From: an uncultured delta proteobacterium
GTDB lineage: Bacteria > Desulfobacterota > Binatia > UBA9968
Direction: 5' to 3'
Assembly: GCA_963847445.1 (NCBI GenBank)
Contig: CAWJZV010000033.1
Span: 69,485-133,484, forward strand
DNA: 64,000 nucleotides
Positions within the stretch are counted from its first letter, which is position 1. Each line of letters begins with the position of its first letter. Positions 22,382-32,621 of this stretch are shown one piece after another. The notes beneath the pieces were generated by a model that was not told the DNA's origin, did no database searches, and worked only from the letters and a program-made list of their open reading frames with translations. The position numbers and the translations under genes are program-made.

Positions 22382-23518
22382 ATGACTTACATGATGATTT
22401 CCGCCGACGATCATATCGATTTAGGATATTTGCCGCGCGATTTATGGACCGAGCGTTTGCCCGCCGTCCTTGCGCGACCGCGCGCCCCATGTCGAAGACC
22501 GCGGCGATAAGGGCGAGTACTGGGTATGCGACGGTGAGACCTGGTCCGATTATCGCGGCGAGCGCTGGTTCGCCAGACAGAATCGCACCAGACTCGCCCT
22601 CGACCGCGGTGGCGTCGGCGAGGCGCACCGTCCGACGACAACCGCGAAGCGGCTCACCGACATGGACCGCGACGGCGTCGAGGCGTCGTTAATGTTTCCA
22701 CCGATCATCGCCATGCAAGTCGGCGCGCCGAGTTGCGCAACGCCTGCGTGCGCGCCTACAACGACTGGGCGCACGACTTCGGCAAGACCGCGCCGAAGCG
22801 CTTTTTTCCCGTGGCCATGCTGTCCAGCTGCGACGCCGAGGCCGCACGCGACGAAGTCATCCGGGTCGCCAAGTTGGGTTTCAAAGAAGCTAACTTCTTA
22901 GTCAACGACGTCACTCTGGAAATGAACCTAAAGCCCTGGGATATTTTCTGGGCCGCCGCCGAGGACGCCGGCATCGTCGTGTCGTATCACGTTGGCGGCA
23001 GCACGCAGTCTGGAACGGTGCGCGCGACCATCGACTCGATCAAACCCGGCGAGCGCCAGGGCGTGTTCGACATGGGACTGAGCAACGGCGCCACGTCGTT
23101 CTTCAATCCCTTCGTCAACATGTTCAACTTCGGCACTCTGGAACGCCATCCCAAGTTAAAATTCTGCCTCGCCGAATCGGCCATCGGCTGGATTCCCTTC
23201 GTCGTCCAGGAAATGGACTACCGCTACAAACGCCAGTTCGAGCGTCGCAAGGCCGCCGAGATCCCGCTCAAGAATATGCCGAGCGAAATCTTCAAGCGCC
23301 AAGTCTGGGCCACCTATCAAACCGACTTGGTCGGACTTCACCTGGTCGACTTCTTCGGCGACGGCCATATCATGTGGGGCTCGGACTATCCGCATCCAGA
23401 CAGCACCTGGCCGTTCTCCAAGGACGTTATCGAGAAGGATTCGGCGCACCTGAAAGACGACGTCAAGAAGAAGGTGCTACGCGACAACGCCGCGGCGTTG
23501 TACGGGCTGGCAAACTAA
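22382..23518 (+). CDS. Amidohydrolase family protein (Amidohydro_2), frameshifted
   Basis: MTYMMISADDHID from 22382 (RBS aggag), DMDRDGVEAS, AYNDW, GSDYPHPD. Confidence 0.88.
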
Positions 23519-23560
23519 GATTCGGATAGATCACAGAGGATACAATTCGCAATCGAGCTG

Positions 23561-23654
23561 TTGGCCGCATAGAACGCATGGAAGAGAGAAAGAATTCCGA
23601 AATGTCAAGGGGCGGGTTTGAAACCCGCCCTCTTGGCTTTGTGTCCTTTGGCCG
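23561..23654. repeat. Composite repeat: degenerate 9-bp-period arms enclosing a REP hairpin
   Basis: ggccgcatagaacgcatggaagagagaaag [aggggcgggtttgaaacccgccct] cttggctttgtgtcctttggcc. Confidence 0.6.
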
Positions 23655-23696
23655 GCGTGCGCTGCATGTTCTCACCCATCACGACAAGGAGATCTT

Positions 23697-23902
23697 GTGT
23701 TGCAACGCTAAGTTTGCCCTAGGCGCGCTTTATTCGGCCTCCAGTCTTCCCCCGGCGATTGGCCGGAGAAGCCTTCCGAGGCGGACTGGGAAGCGACGAT
23801 CCAAGCGGCCAAAAAAGAGGCGCAGATTTTCATCTACGCCGCCATCGGTCCTTATCACCCACGCATCTTCGCCGAGTTTCAAGTCGCCTATCCAGAGATC
23901 TA
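23697..23902 (+). pseudogene. 5' remnant of an extracellular solute-binding protein gene
   Basis: Reads EADWEATIQAAKKEAQIFIYAAIGPYHPRIFAEFQVAYPEI*, matching the N-termini of the SBPs at 7961 and 32622; no continuation. Confidence 0.65.
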
Positions 23903-23962
23903 GCGCACCGGATTGACAGTGAAGTGGAGCTTATATAGAGCTCAAAACCAGTGAGGTGATTT

Positions 23963-25086
23963 ATGGCGAAGAACGGATTCAAGGTTATCGACAGCGACAT
24001 GCATGTCATGGAGCCGCCGGAGCTGTGGGAAAAGTACATCGACAAAAAGTTCCGAGATCGGGCGCCGCGCGGCGTGACCAGCCACAACGTGCGCGACCTG
24101 CGGCTGGTGCACCCCGACGGCGTCGAATGGTCGCGCAAGACCACGCCGGCCAACGATACCGTCCAAGGGCAAGAATTTCGAAGAGAAGCAGCATATCCTC
24201 GGCAACGACGCCGCCCGCGGCTGGACCTCGGAAGTGCAGCTCGAAGCTATGGATATCGAAGGCATCGACATCGCCGTGCTCTATCCGACCCGCGGCCTGC
24301 GCGCCCTAGTCGACGACCGCATGGACGCCGAGTTCGCCGCCGCCATGGCGCGCGCCTACAACGACTGGATGTATGACTTTTGCGCAACGCGATCCCAAAC
24401 GCTTGATCGGCGCCGGCATGATCTCGCCGTTCAACATGGACGACGCCGTCAGCGAAGCGCGCCGCTGCGCCGAACAGCTGGGCTTTCGCGCGGCATTCTT
24501 GCGCGCCAATCCGCTCGTCGATCATCAATGGCAAAGCGTCTATTACGACCCGCTGTGGAGCGCCCTGGAAGATTTGAATATGTCCCTGGGCTTTCACGAG
24601 TCCACCGGCACCGGGAGAAATCAGGTCGGCGAGCGCTTGGAGCCCAACTTCATGCTGCGCCGGGTGTTCGCTCAGCCGATCGAACAGATGCTCGCGCTCG
24701 GCTGCTTCTGCGGCGGCGGCGTGTTCGCGCGCCATCCGAAACTGCGCGTGGCGTTTCTCGAGGCCAATTGCAGCTGGCTGCCCTGGCTCCTGTGGCGCTT
24801 GGACGAAGCCTGGGAACTCGACGGCGATGTCTGGGCGCCCGACGTGAAGGAGAAGCCCAGCGTATATTTCAAGCGCCACTGCGTCGTCTCCATCGAACCC
24901 GACGAAGTCATCGCCAACAACGTCCTGCAACAAGTCGGCAACGGCAACTTGGTGTTCTCGACGGATTATCCCCATGTCGACTCGCGCTATCCCGAAGCGA
25001 TCAATCATTTTCTCCGGCTGCCGTTTTCCGACGACGACAAACGGAAAATCCTCTGGGACAACTGCGCGCGCTATTATGCGATGTAA
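23963..25086 (+). CDS. Amidohydrolase family protein (Amidohydro_2), frameshifted
   Basis: VIDSDMHVMEPPELW, AMDIEGIDIAVLYPT, YDPLW, GFHE, STDYPH. Confidence 0.88.
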
Positions 25087-25135
25087 GGTAAGGAATGCCG
25101 AGCGCGGCAAAGCCGCGACCGATGAAGCAGGGATC

Positions 25136-25208
25136 TCACCACAGAGACACAGAGTTCGAAATTCCTATCAAAACTCTTTTCTCTGAGTCCTCAGCGCCTC
25201 TGCGGTGA
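25136..25208. repeat. Palindromic element with 9-bp-period CACAGAG arms
   Basis: tcaccacagagacacagag...ctctgagtcctcagcgcctctgcggtga. Confidence 0.78.
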
Positions 25209-25241
25209 ACCTTCCGAAAATTTACAAAAGGATATTGCAAC

Positions 25242-25430
25242 ATGGCTGATTCTGACAAACTTACGCAGCGTTTAGCGCTTCTCGAAGGCGGCGAATTTTC
25301 CCCCGCCGATCTCGAAGCCATCGCCAATGAGATCGAGGACAACCAGAGAGTCGTTGCCGAGCTGGAAGAATTTGCCAACGACACGGCGTGGATTTCACAC
25401 CAGGCCCAACCTACGGGCAGGAAAGCTTGA
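25242..25430 (+). CDS. Small acidic protein, GatC/AtzG-like amidase partner (putative)
   Basis: 62-aa helical ORF with RBS aagga, 2 bp upstream of the amidase. Confidence 0.6.
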   Translation: MADSDKLTQRLALLEGGEFSPADLEAIANEIEDNQRVVAELEEFANDTAWISHQAQPTGRKA

Positions 25431-25432
25431 TC

Positions 25433-26854
25433 ATGGACGATGCCGAGTTACTAGACCTAAGCTTGACCGATCTCTCTTGGCTCATCGCCGCACGCAAGGT
25501 TTCGGCGGTGGAAGCACTACAGGCGACGCTCACGCGACTCAAAGCTCTTGACGACAAACTCAACGCCTTTATCACCGTCTGCGCCGAATCGGCGCTCGCC
25601 GACGCCAAGAGAGCCGATCAAGAGATTGCCGCCGGCAATTACCGCGGTCCGCTCCATGGCGTGCCGGTGAGCATCAAAGACATGTTCGAGATGAATGGCG
25701 TGCTCACCACCGGCGGCTCGAAAATCTTGCAAGATTGGGTGCCCGAGCGCGACTCGACGCTGGTCGAAAAGCTGCGCGCCGCCGGCGCGGTGATCTTCGG
25801 CAAGACCAATTTAGACGAGTTCGGCCATGGCGGCACTTCGACACTGTCGCACTTCGGCCCGGTGCATAACCCGTGGAATTTGGACCGCATCGCCGGCGGA
25901 TCGAGCGGCGGTTCGGCCGCTGCCGTCGCCGCGCGCATCGGCCCGCTGTCCTTCGGCACCGAGACCGGTTCATCGGTGCGCCGCCCGGCGTCCTACTGCG
26001 GCATCGTCGGCTTTAAACCGACCTTCGGCATCATCAGCCGCCACGGCTCATTTCGCGGCGCCTGGAGCCAGGATCATGTCGGTTTGTTCGCCCGCACCGT
26101 CAAAGATATCGCGTTAGCGCTCGACCCGGTCGCCGGCTACGACGCGCGCGATCCGGCCAGCGTGCGGCAAGATTCTTCGGCCTACGCCGAGCGCTTGAAT
26201 GAAAACGTCAAAGGACTGCGCGTCGGCGTCTTGGGCAAATTTCTCGACGGCGTCGATGGCGCGGTGCGCGACGCGTTTTCTGCTTCGATCAAAGTCTTTA
26301 CCGATACCGGTTGTGAAATAGTCGAACTCGATGTTCCGGAAATTAGCTACGCGGCGATGACTTCCATGCTCACCAGCTCGGCCGAGAGCGCCGGCATCAA
26401 TCGCCGCTGGTTTCGCGAACGCGCCCAGGACTACGTGCCCCACGTCGCCCGCGGCATCGCCGTCGGCATGGCAATCACCGCGTCCGAATACTTGACCGCC
26501 CAGCGCGCTCGCCACCGCATCCGCGAAGCGGTCAGAGCTGCGTACGACGAGGTCGATATCATCGCCGCGCCGACCACCGCGCGCGTGGCGCCGCCGCTGG
26601 CGCAAGGCGTCCAGGGCAACGGCGACGACTCGCGCCACGCCAGCTACAATCAGTCTAATTTACTGCGCTTCCCGAGTATGCTCGGCCTGCCCGGCTGCTC
26701 GCTTCCGTGCGGCATCGATGTCCGAGGGCTTGCCGATCGGCATGCAACTGATCGGCGCGTGGTTCGCCGATCAGACAGTGCTGAATACCGCCGCCGCGTA
26801 CCAAAGCGCGACGGACTGGCACGACCGCATACCGGCATTGGTACGCTGAAATAA
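25433..26854 (+). CDS. Amidase signature (GatA/AtzE-like) family protein; frameshift near 3' end
   Basis: [45 protein letters not shown]. Confidence 0.9.
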   Translation: MDDAELLDLSLTDLSWLIAARKVSAVEALQATLTRLKALDDKLNAFITVCAESALADAKRADQEIAAGNYRGPLHGVPVSIKDMFEMNGVLTTGGSKILQDWVPERDSTLVEKLRAAGAVIFGKTNLDEFGHGGTSTLSHFGPVHNPWNLDRIAGGSSGGSAAAVAARIGPLSFGTETGSSVRRPASYCGIVGFKPTFGIISRHGSFRGAWSQDHVGLFARTVKDIALALDPVAGYDARDPASVRQDSSAYAERLNENVKGLRVGVLGKFLDGVDGAVRDAFSASIKVFTDTGCEIVELDVPEISYAAMTSMLTSSAESAGINRRWFRERAQDYVPHVARGIAVGMAITASEYLTAQRARHRIREAVRAAYDEVDIIAAPTTARVAPPLAQGVQGNGDDSRHASYNQSNLLRFPSMLGLPGCSLPCGIDVRGLADRHATDRRVVRRSDSAEYRRRVPKRDGLARPHTGIGTLK

Positions 26855-26861
26855 GATAGGA

Positions 26862-26917
26862 TTCATCACGAAGGCACGAAGGACACGAAAGGTTTCGTAG
26901 GCTGCGCTGTGCGCACC
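26862..26917. repeat. Half CACGAAG element followed by a GTAG REP
   Basis: ttcatcacgaaggcacgaaggacacgaaag then gtaggctgcgctgtgcgcacc. Confidence 0.65.
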
Positions 26918-27128
26918 AGTCAGTTTCAATGGGTCTCGTGCAAAAATCGCAAAGGAAACAACGACTGCAAAATCCGCATAAACTTGTCTCATGTTGAAGA
27001 ACTCCTTGGCTGGAAAATGAAGATCGTCTGATCCAACATTAGATCATATGGAGGCATCGACATCAGCCGCATTCTGCAAAGGAACTCCACAGCTTGGACC
27101 CATGGCAGTTGGCTCATTCGTCGTTCCG

Positions 27129-27163
27129 GAACATTGAACGTTGAACGCTTGAACCTTTGAACG
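27129..27163. repeat. TTGAAC tandem array (7-8 bp period)
   Basis: gaacattgaacgttgaacgcttgaacctttgaacg. Confidence 0.75.
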
Positions 27164-27248
27164 AAAACGTTGCTTGACAGCTTGTTGACGGTCTGTTACC
27201 GCAACCATAAATCTAACCTGCAAATCTAACTTAATTGGAGGATTTCCC

Positions 27249-28283
27249 ATGTCAACCGTCGAACCCAAAGGCGCAGTTCACTGGATCGATCACTATGTCG
27301 TCGGCACCAACGATTTACCGGGGTGGAGTTACTGGGCGCTTAACGCCACCGGCCTGCCGATCCGGCCGATCAATGGACTGACCACCAACATGCGCAAGAA
27401 AAACACGCCGATCTTTTGCTTCATGTGGTGGGACGACGAGTCCTGCCGCATCGGCGCCTTCCTCCAGCCGGAAAATTATCCGAAGGCGAAGGAACTCGGC
27501 AAAGACATGCCGCGCTGCGGCTTCTACATCCGGCCGGAAGATATCGATTCACACCTGCGCCGTCTCGATAAGCATAAGATTCCCCACACCGATCCGGTGA
27601 AGACTGCGGACAATGGCGAAGAAGGCACTGTGATCTGCTTCGCCGACCCCGACGGCAACCAGTATGAATTCTGGGCGCCGGCAAACATGCCGCAAGGCGC
27701 CATGGAAGTGCGCACCACGGAAAATGTCGGGCGCATCAGTCACTGCGTGTACGGTTCCCGCGACCTGGCGCGCACCGCGGCGTTTTTCGAAAAATATTGC
27801 GGCATGAAATCCGAACGCAGCGCCAAGACCGCCGAGGGCACGATGGTCTTGCGCATGCGCGCCGGCGCCCGGCTGGTTTACAAACTGGTCGACCAGCTCG
27901 ACGAACGCATCGCCGGCCACAGCCCGTGGTGGGACATGCACACGGCATTCACCGTGCGCGACGAAGAGTACTTGCCTAACTACCGGCGCATGTGGGACGG
28001 CCTGCCCGAGGAAGCCGGCGCCAAGGAACACTTGAACGACTCGCGCGACAAAGAAGACAACTTCCCCGCCCGCACCGGCCTGCACCGCAGCCCGGTCGGC
28101 TACAAATGGAAGGAAATCTACCAGCGCGGCGACGAATTCTACGACTGGGACGGCCACGCCTTCCATTTCATCGGCGGCATCCCGAAAAACGCCGACGGCT
28201 CGTTAACCATGTACACACCGAAGGAACAGGATGAATACCTGCGCGAATTGGCCGAGTCGCTGAAAAAAGGCGTGCAGCCGTAA
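27249..28283 (+). CDS. Atypical two-domain VOC/glyoxalase-like protein
   Basis: HWIDHYVV, FADPDGNQYEF, GRISHCV, HTAF, FYDWDGHAFHF; RBS ggagg. Confidence 0.75.
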   Translation: MSTVEPKGAVHWIDHYVVGTNDLPGWSYWALNATGLPIRPINGLTTNMRKKNTPIFCFMWWDDESCRIGAFLQPENYPKAKELGKDMPRCGFYIRPEDIDSHLRRLDKHKIPHTDPVKTADNGEEGTVICFADPDGNQYEFWAPANMPQGAMEVRTTENVGRISHCVYGSRDLARTAAFFEKYCGMKSERSAKTAEGTMVLRMRAGARLVYKLVDQLDERIAGHSPWWDMHTAFTVRDEEYLPNYRRMWDGLPEEAGAKEHLNDSRDKEDNFPARTGLHRSPVGYKWKEIYQRGDEFYDWDGHAFHFIGGIPKNADGSLTMYTPKEQDEYLRELAESLKKGVQP

Positions 28284-28483
28284 TGTTCGAAGAGCGAATA
28301 TTCTGTCTCGGCAGCTCGCTAAATGATTCGATCGTCGTTCCGGGCGAGCTGGCGATGGCCGGCGCGGTCCGGAATCCAGGAGAATTGATTGCTTCTGGAT
28401 GGCCGTTTTCGCGGTTCTATAGGAACTTCAGATCATGAGGTGTACCGCCGAAAATGGCTGCGCCGAAAGGAAGGAACTCTAAA

Positions 28484-28684
28484 ATGGGTCAATTAGACAA
28501 AGATGGAATCCTCACGCTTCAAGAGCTTATGATAACGGCACTCGCGACGGCTGACGTTGTCGCGAAGCTGCTAATCGACAAAGGCTTAGTTTCGCAGAAA
28601 GAGTACGACCTGAAGCTCTTTTCAGAACGGGCAAGCTATCAGGCGTTGTTGCAGCGCGTTGGGGGAACACCCGTCGATACCTAA
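28484..28684 (+). CDS. Small hypothetical protein
   Basis: RBS aagga before ATG 28484; helical ALATAD.VAKLLIDKGLVSQKEY pattern. Confidence 0.55.
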   Translation: MGQLDKDGILTLQELMITALATADVVAKLLIDKGLVSQKEYDLKLFSERASYQALLQRVGGTPVDT

Positions 28685-28697
28685 CGTGACTCTTTAT

Positions 28698-28849
28698 GAT
28701 GAGTTCTACGATTGGGACAGCCACGCCTTTCACTTCATCGACGGCATCCCGAGTAACGCCGACGGGTCATTGGCGATGTACACACCGAAGCAACAGGAAA
28801 AATATCTGCGTGACTTGGCGGCGTCGGTGAAAAAGGTGTGCAGCCGTAG
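28698..28849 (+). pseudogene. Diverged copy of the last 51 codons of the VOC gene (28131-28283)
   Basis: Hand alignment gives about 26 differences in 153 nt, many at third codon positions; DEFYDWDSHAFHFIDGIP vs DEFYDWDGHAFHFIGGIP. Confidence 0.85.
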
Positions 28850-29375
28850 CCTTAGCGAACGCCTTCCGCCGGTAACCCGCAAGCAACCTGCAGCGCCAGT
28901 CAGGCCGAAGTCCGCGAACGGTTGAAGCGACAGGATAAACTCGGTTTCACCATCATCATTTCGCGAGATAGACATCAGCTATAGGCCGGGCTAGAATATC
29001 GGTTGAGCCGCGCGCAACGTCAAGCTACCGATCGCATCGCCAAGTAGTGGCCTCCAGAATACTACGACTCTGGTTCGGCGGCCGCAGTGGTCGACGTGCG
29101 TGGCTGGGTCAATGAGCCGACCGCCGCGAAAAAAGACGAATGGATCGGCAAGTTCTCGGATCACTCGCTCCTCTATTTCGAGATTCATGAATGAAGGCGA
29201 TAGCAGTGGTCCCGCTGTGAGTTACTACACATTTTGCGACTAACGACGAGCCCATTGTGAATTTAATACCATGGGGCTCGGCAGCGATGTGGCGGACGCC
29301 GATCGGCGGCAAATGGTGGAGGGATAATTGGCTAGTCAGGTAGCTCTCGCGGGGCTGGAATCGCCAGACTCCAGC

Positions 29376-29822
29376 CTACTTTTGCCCGAGAGCTTCCAAG
29401 TCAGCGAGATCTTTGGCCCGACCTACAGCGCGTTTGTTTGAAATCAATTCTTCGCGTCCAATGTAGTGCACGGGCACATCCCCGTAATCTGACGGGACTC
29501 GGCTCGCGAAGACTTCCTCCCAGGATAGGCCGGTGATCGATGTTATGAGATCCACACGTACTGGAGCGACACCGAGCTGAACGACTTGATCGGGGCGCTC
29601 GAAATCGCCTTCCGTCAAGCCGAGTGAAGCGAACCCGAAATCATTGAGCGCTGCGACGATACGCCCGGCATTTTCATGATCGGGCTTTACAAAAATATCG
29701 AGATCACCGGTGAAACGAGGAGCGCCGTGAAACGCCAGGGCATATCCACCGACGATCACGTAGTTAACGTGATGGTCGTTGAATAACGCGAGCAACTCTC
29801 TGAAGTCTTGCTGTAGTTCCAT
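29376..29822 (-). CDS. Stand-alone Pol-beta-superfamily nucleotidyltransferase
   Basis: YVIVGGYALAFHG.PRFTGDLD, RVDL, NKRAVGR.KDLAD. Confidence 0.85.
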   Translation of the reverse strand: MELQQDFRELLALFNDHHVNYVIVGGYALAFHGAPRFTGDLDIFVKPDHENAGRIVAALNDFGFASLGLTEGDFERPDQVVQLGVAPVRVDLITSITGLSWEEVFASRVPSDYGDVPVHYIGREELISNKRAVGRAKDLADLEALGQK

Positions 29823-29952
29823 GGGCTTGACGGCGCAAATAATCGACCGCGGCGACTCGCTCCTCGGGTGTCTTCTTAAGCCAATAGGCCAAGTCCGTCT
29901 GACTGCTACCTGAGTCTCGCAAACCGACTTTCGTTACTACCTTTTCGATCAT
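29764..29952 (-). CDS. Small hypothetical protein paired with the nucleotidyltransferase
   Basis: DLAYWLKKTPEERVAAVDYLR motif; overlaps the NTase start. Confidence 0.7.
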   Translation of the reverse strand: MIEKVVTKVGLRDSGSSQTDLAYWLKKTPEERVAAVDYLRRQAHGTTARLQRVARVIQRPSR

Positions 29953-30012
29953 GGTTTAATTTTATCACAACCCGCCGTGATTTACAGGGATTTCAGTTGT
30001 CTCGACGCTGCA

Positions 30013-30546
30013 TCACCTCTCCGCCCCGGGAAACCAGCCTTTGAATTTCACCAGCCCGCGCAGATACTCGATCTGGCCGGCGTGGCGCGTGTTGCAGTTG
30101 ATCACGCTGGCGAGCCGGATACTCAGCGTCGGCAGCGGCGAGTACTGCGGTTCGTTGAGGACGCGGTTCAAGTCGGCATTGGTCACCGTCGACAGATAAT
30201 CTTTGGTCTGCGCATACACAGCGTCGTGGTAAGCGAGCAGCAGTGGCGTGTCGGTGACGATGAAGGCATCCACTTGTTCACGGGTCTGGCGATGGCCGGA
30301 GCCGTAGTCTCTTGGATCGGGCGGCATATTGAAGCGCTGGTGCCAGCCGTCGGCGATCCAGAGCTGCGGTCGGTCGAGTAGGCCGGAAAAGTTCGCATCC
30401 TGCACCCGTGCGATATGCCAGGCCAGCCAGGCAATGTGCGGCTTGGGCGGCGATAATAATTCTTCCGGCGTGAGATCCTTCAGCGCCTCGCGCACCATTT
30501 CGCGCACGCGGCCTAACGCGTCCAAAACCAGTCCGGCGGCTTCCAT
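30013..30546 (-). CDS. DinB family protein
   Basis: HIAWLAWHIARVQD and terminal HAGQIEYLRG; RBS aggagg. Confidence 0.88.
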   Translation of the reverse strand: MEAAGLVLDALGRVREMVREALKDLTPEELLSPPKPHIAWLAWHIARVQDANFSGLLDRPQLWIADGWHQRFNMPPDPRDYGSGHRQTREQVDAFIVTDTPLLLAYHDAVYAQTKDYLSTVTNADLNRVLNEPQYSPLPTLSIRLASVINCNTRHAGQIEYLRGLVKFKGWFPGAER

Positions 30547-30646
30547 AAATCCTCCTCGACATTACTTCGTCGTCGCGGGCGACTTTAGTGCCGCGTGATC
30601 GTCGACGCAAGACTCAATCGCGTAAACTTGAATCGAACCTCATCCT

Positions 30647-32392
30647 TCAGCGTTGTGCCACCGCACCCAGAGTTTCCGCCATGCGCACTAGCCGGACGAA
30701 CTCGGCACGGTAGCCTTCCGGGTCGGCGCCGCGAGCACCGTTGGCCAGTTCGGCGATCTTCCCATAGCTGAAGCTGTCCACCGCATTCTCACCGCGCAGT
30801 CGTTGACCGAAGGCGGCAACAGCGACGGCAAAGCGCTGCTCCGCCGGCGCGGCGTCGATCTTCGCCAGCGCGTCGGACGCGCGCACCGGCTGCTCGATGA
30901 GTCGACTGGCAGTTTCGCCGGGAAGTTTGTAGCGCAGCTTCACGAATGCCATTTCATCCGAGCGCACGTTGGCGGGCGGCGCTGTTCGTTCGCTCTCCTG
31001 CTGATAACGCAGCGGATCGAGTTGGCGCTGTTTCGCGCCCACCGGGGTGATCTCGTATATCGCCGTCACCGTGTGGCCGGCGCCGATGTCGCCGGCGTCG
31101 ACCTTGTCATCGTTGAAATCCTCGCGCTTCAGCATGCGCGTCTCGTAGCCGATCAACCGGTACTCGGCGACCCGCGTTGGGTTGAACTCTACTTGGATTT
31201 TCACATCATCGGCGATCGGAAACAGGGTCGACGACAATTCTTCACTCATCGCCTTGCGTGCTTCGAGCAAGGAATCGATATAGGCCGCGTTGCCGTTGCC
31301 GGCCTGCGCCAGCCGCTGCATGAGCGCGTCGTTGAGATTGCCAACGCCGACACCGAGGATCGATAAATAGATCCCGGTCTTGCGCTTGGCGGCGATGAAG
31401 CGTTCGAGATCTTTTGGATTGGTGATGCCAACATTGAAGTCACCGTCGGTGCCGAGGATCACGCGATTCACCGCCTCTTTATCGAAGTGGCGCTCGGCGA
31501 GAGCGTAAGCGCGCTGCAAGCCCTCGCCGCCCGCAGTCGATCCGGACGCTCGAAGGCTGTCGATGGCGTCGAGAATCTTTTGCTTATCCCGCCCTCGGGT
31601 CGGGTCTAGGGAGGTTTGCGCCTGGCCCGCGTAGGTGACGATGGCGACCCGGTCGTCGTCGCGCAATTGCTGGACGAACAGGCGAAAGCCCTGCTGCAAC
31701 AAAGGCAGGCGATCGCTCGGCTGCATCGAACCCGAGGTGTCGATCAAGAGCACCACGTTGGCGCGCGGCCGCTCGGTATGCGCGATGTCGTAACCGCGAA
31801 TGGCGATATGCAGCAGCTGATTCTCCGCCGCCCACGGACTCGGCATCACCGTCGTCGTCACCCGAAACGGTTGCGCGCGATTCTCAGGAGCCGGGATAGG
31901 CATAAGGGAAATAGTTGACCATCTCCTCGACGCGAATGGATTCCCGCGGCGGCATGCGCCCGCCGGTGAGACTGCGGCGAACAAAGGCGTAGGACGCCGT
32001 GTCGACATCGACGCTGAAGGTCGACACCGGATGCTCCGCGGCGCTGAGCACGCTCGTCGGTTCTTTATCGGGGAAACGGTCGGTATTCGGAAGAATGACT
32101 GGCGGGCGCGGGTAATACGGCGGCTGGGGGTAAGGATATGGAGGCATGATCGCGCCACCCGATGCGGGCGGATTCTGGCATGCGTCGTAGCGAGTCGCTG
32201 CTTGCGCTTGGCCGGCCCGGTGCGGGTGACGGCAACGGCGCCTTGGACTCGTAGCTTTGCCCGGTCGAAGCATTTTGCTGTTTTTCCACGGGCCGCATCT
32301 CTGTCTCTAGGCTACAGGCGCCGAAGAACAAGAGCGAGACTCGCTAGCACAGTCGGCAAGCGAATCGTTCTAATAGCACGACAATTCGACAT
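30647..32392 (-). CDS. YfbK-like VWA (DUF3520) lipoprotein, frameshifted
   Basis: ATG 32392 after ggagg; [59 protein letters not shown]. Confidence 0.88.
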
Positions 32393-32621
32393 AGAAATCC
32401 CCTCCGTTAGTTCGATCGGCACAAGTCTTACGATATTCCTTAGACGATCGAGAACGGGTTTCGTTCCACGGCGCACGTTGGATCCGCTGCGGGCAAAATC
32501 GCGCAGGAACAATGAACTGCCTCGCTGCAAGCCACGAGGAATCGACGCACAGAGATTGATAAATCGAGCGGGTTGCGGCGAAAAATTGCTATGCCGCCGC
32601 AAATATCGGAGCAAAGTGAAA

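Noticed and set aside
25242-26854. gatC-gatA of the tRNA amidotransferase
   Set aside because: No gatB follows and motifs deviate from GatA (no DEFAMGS, ETGSS instead of DTGGS)
28131-28849. DGR template/variable repeat pair
   Set aside because: Mismatches are not adenine-specific, many are synonymous, and no reverse transcriptase is present
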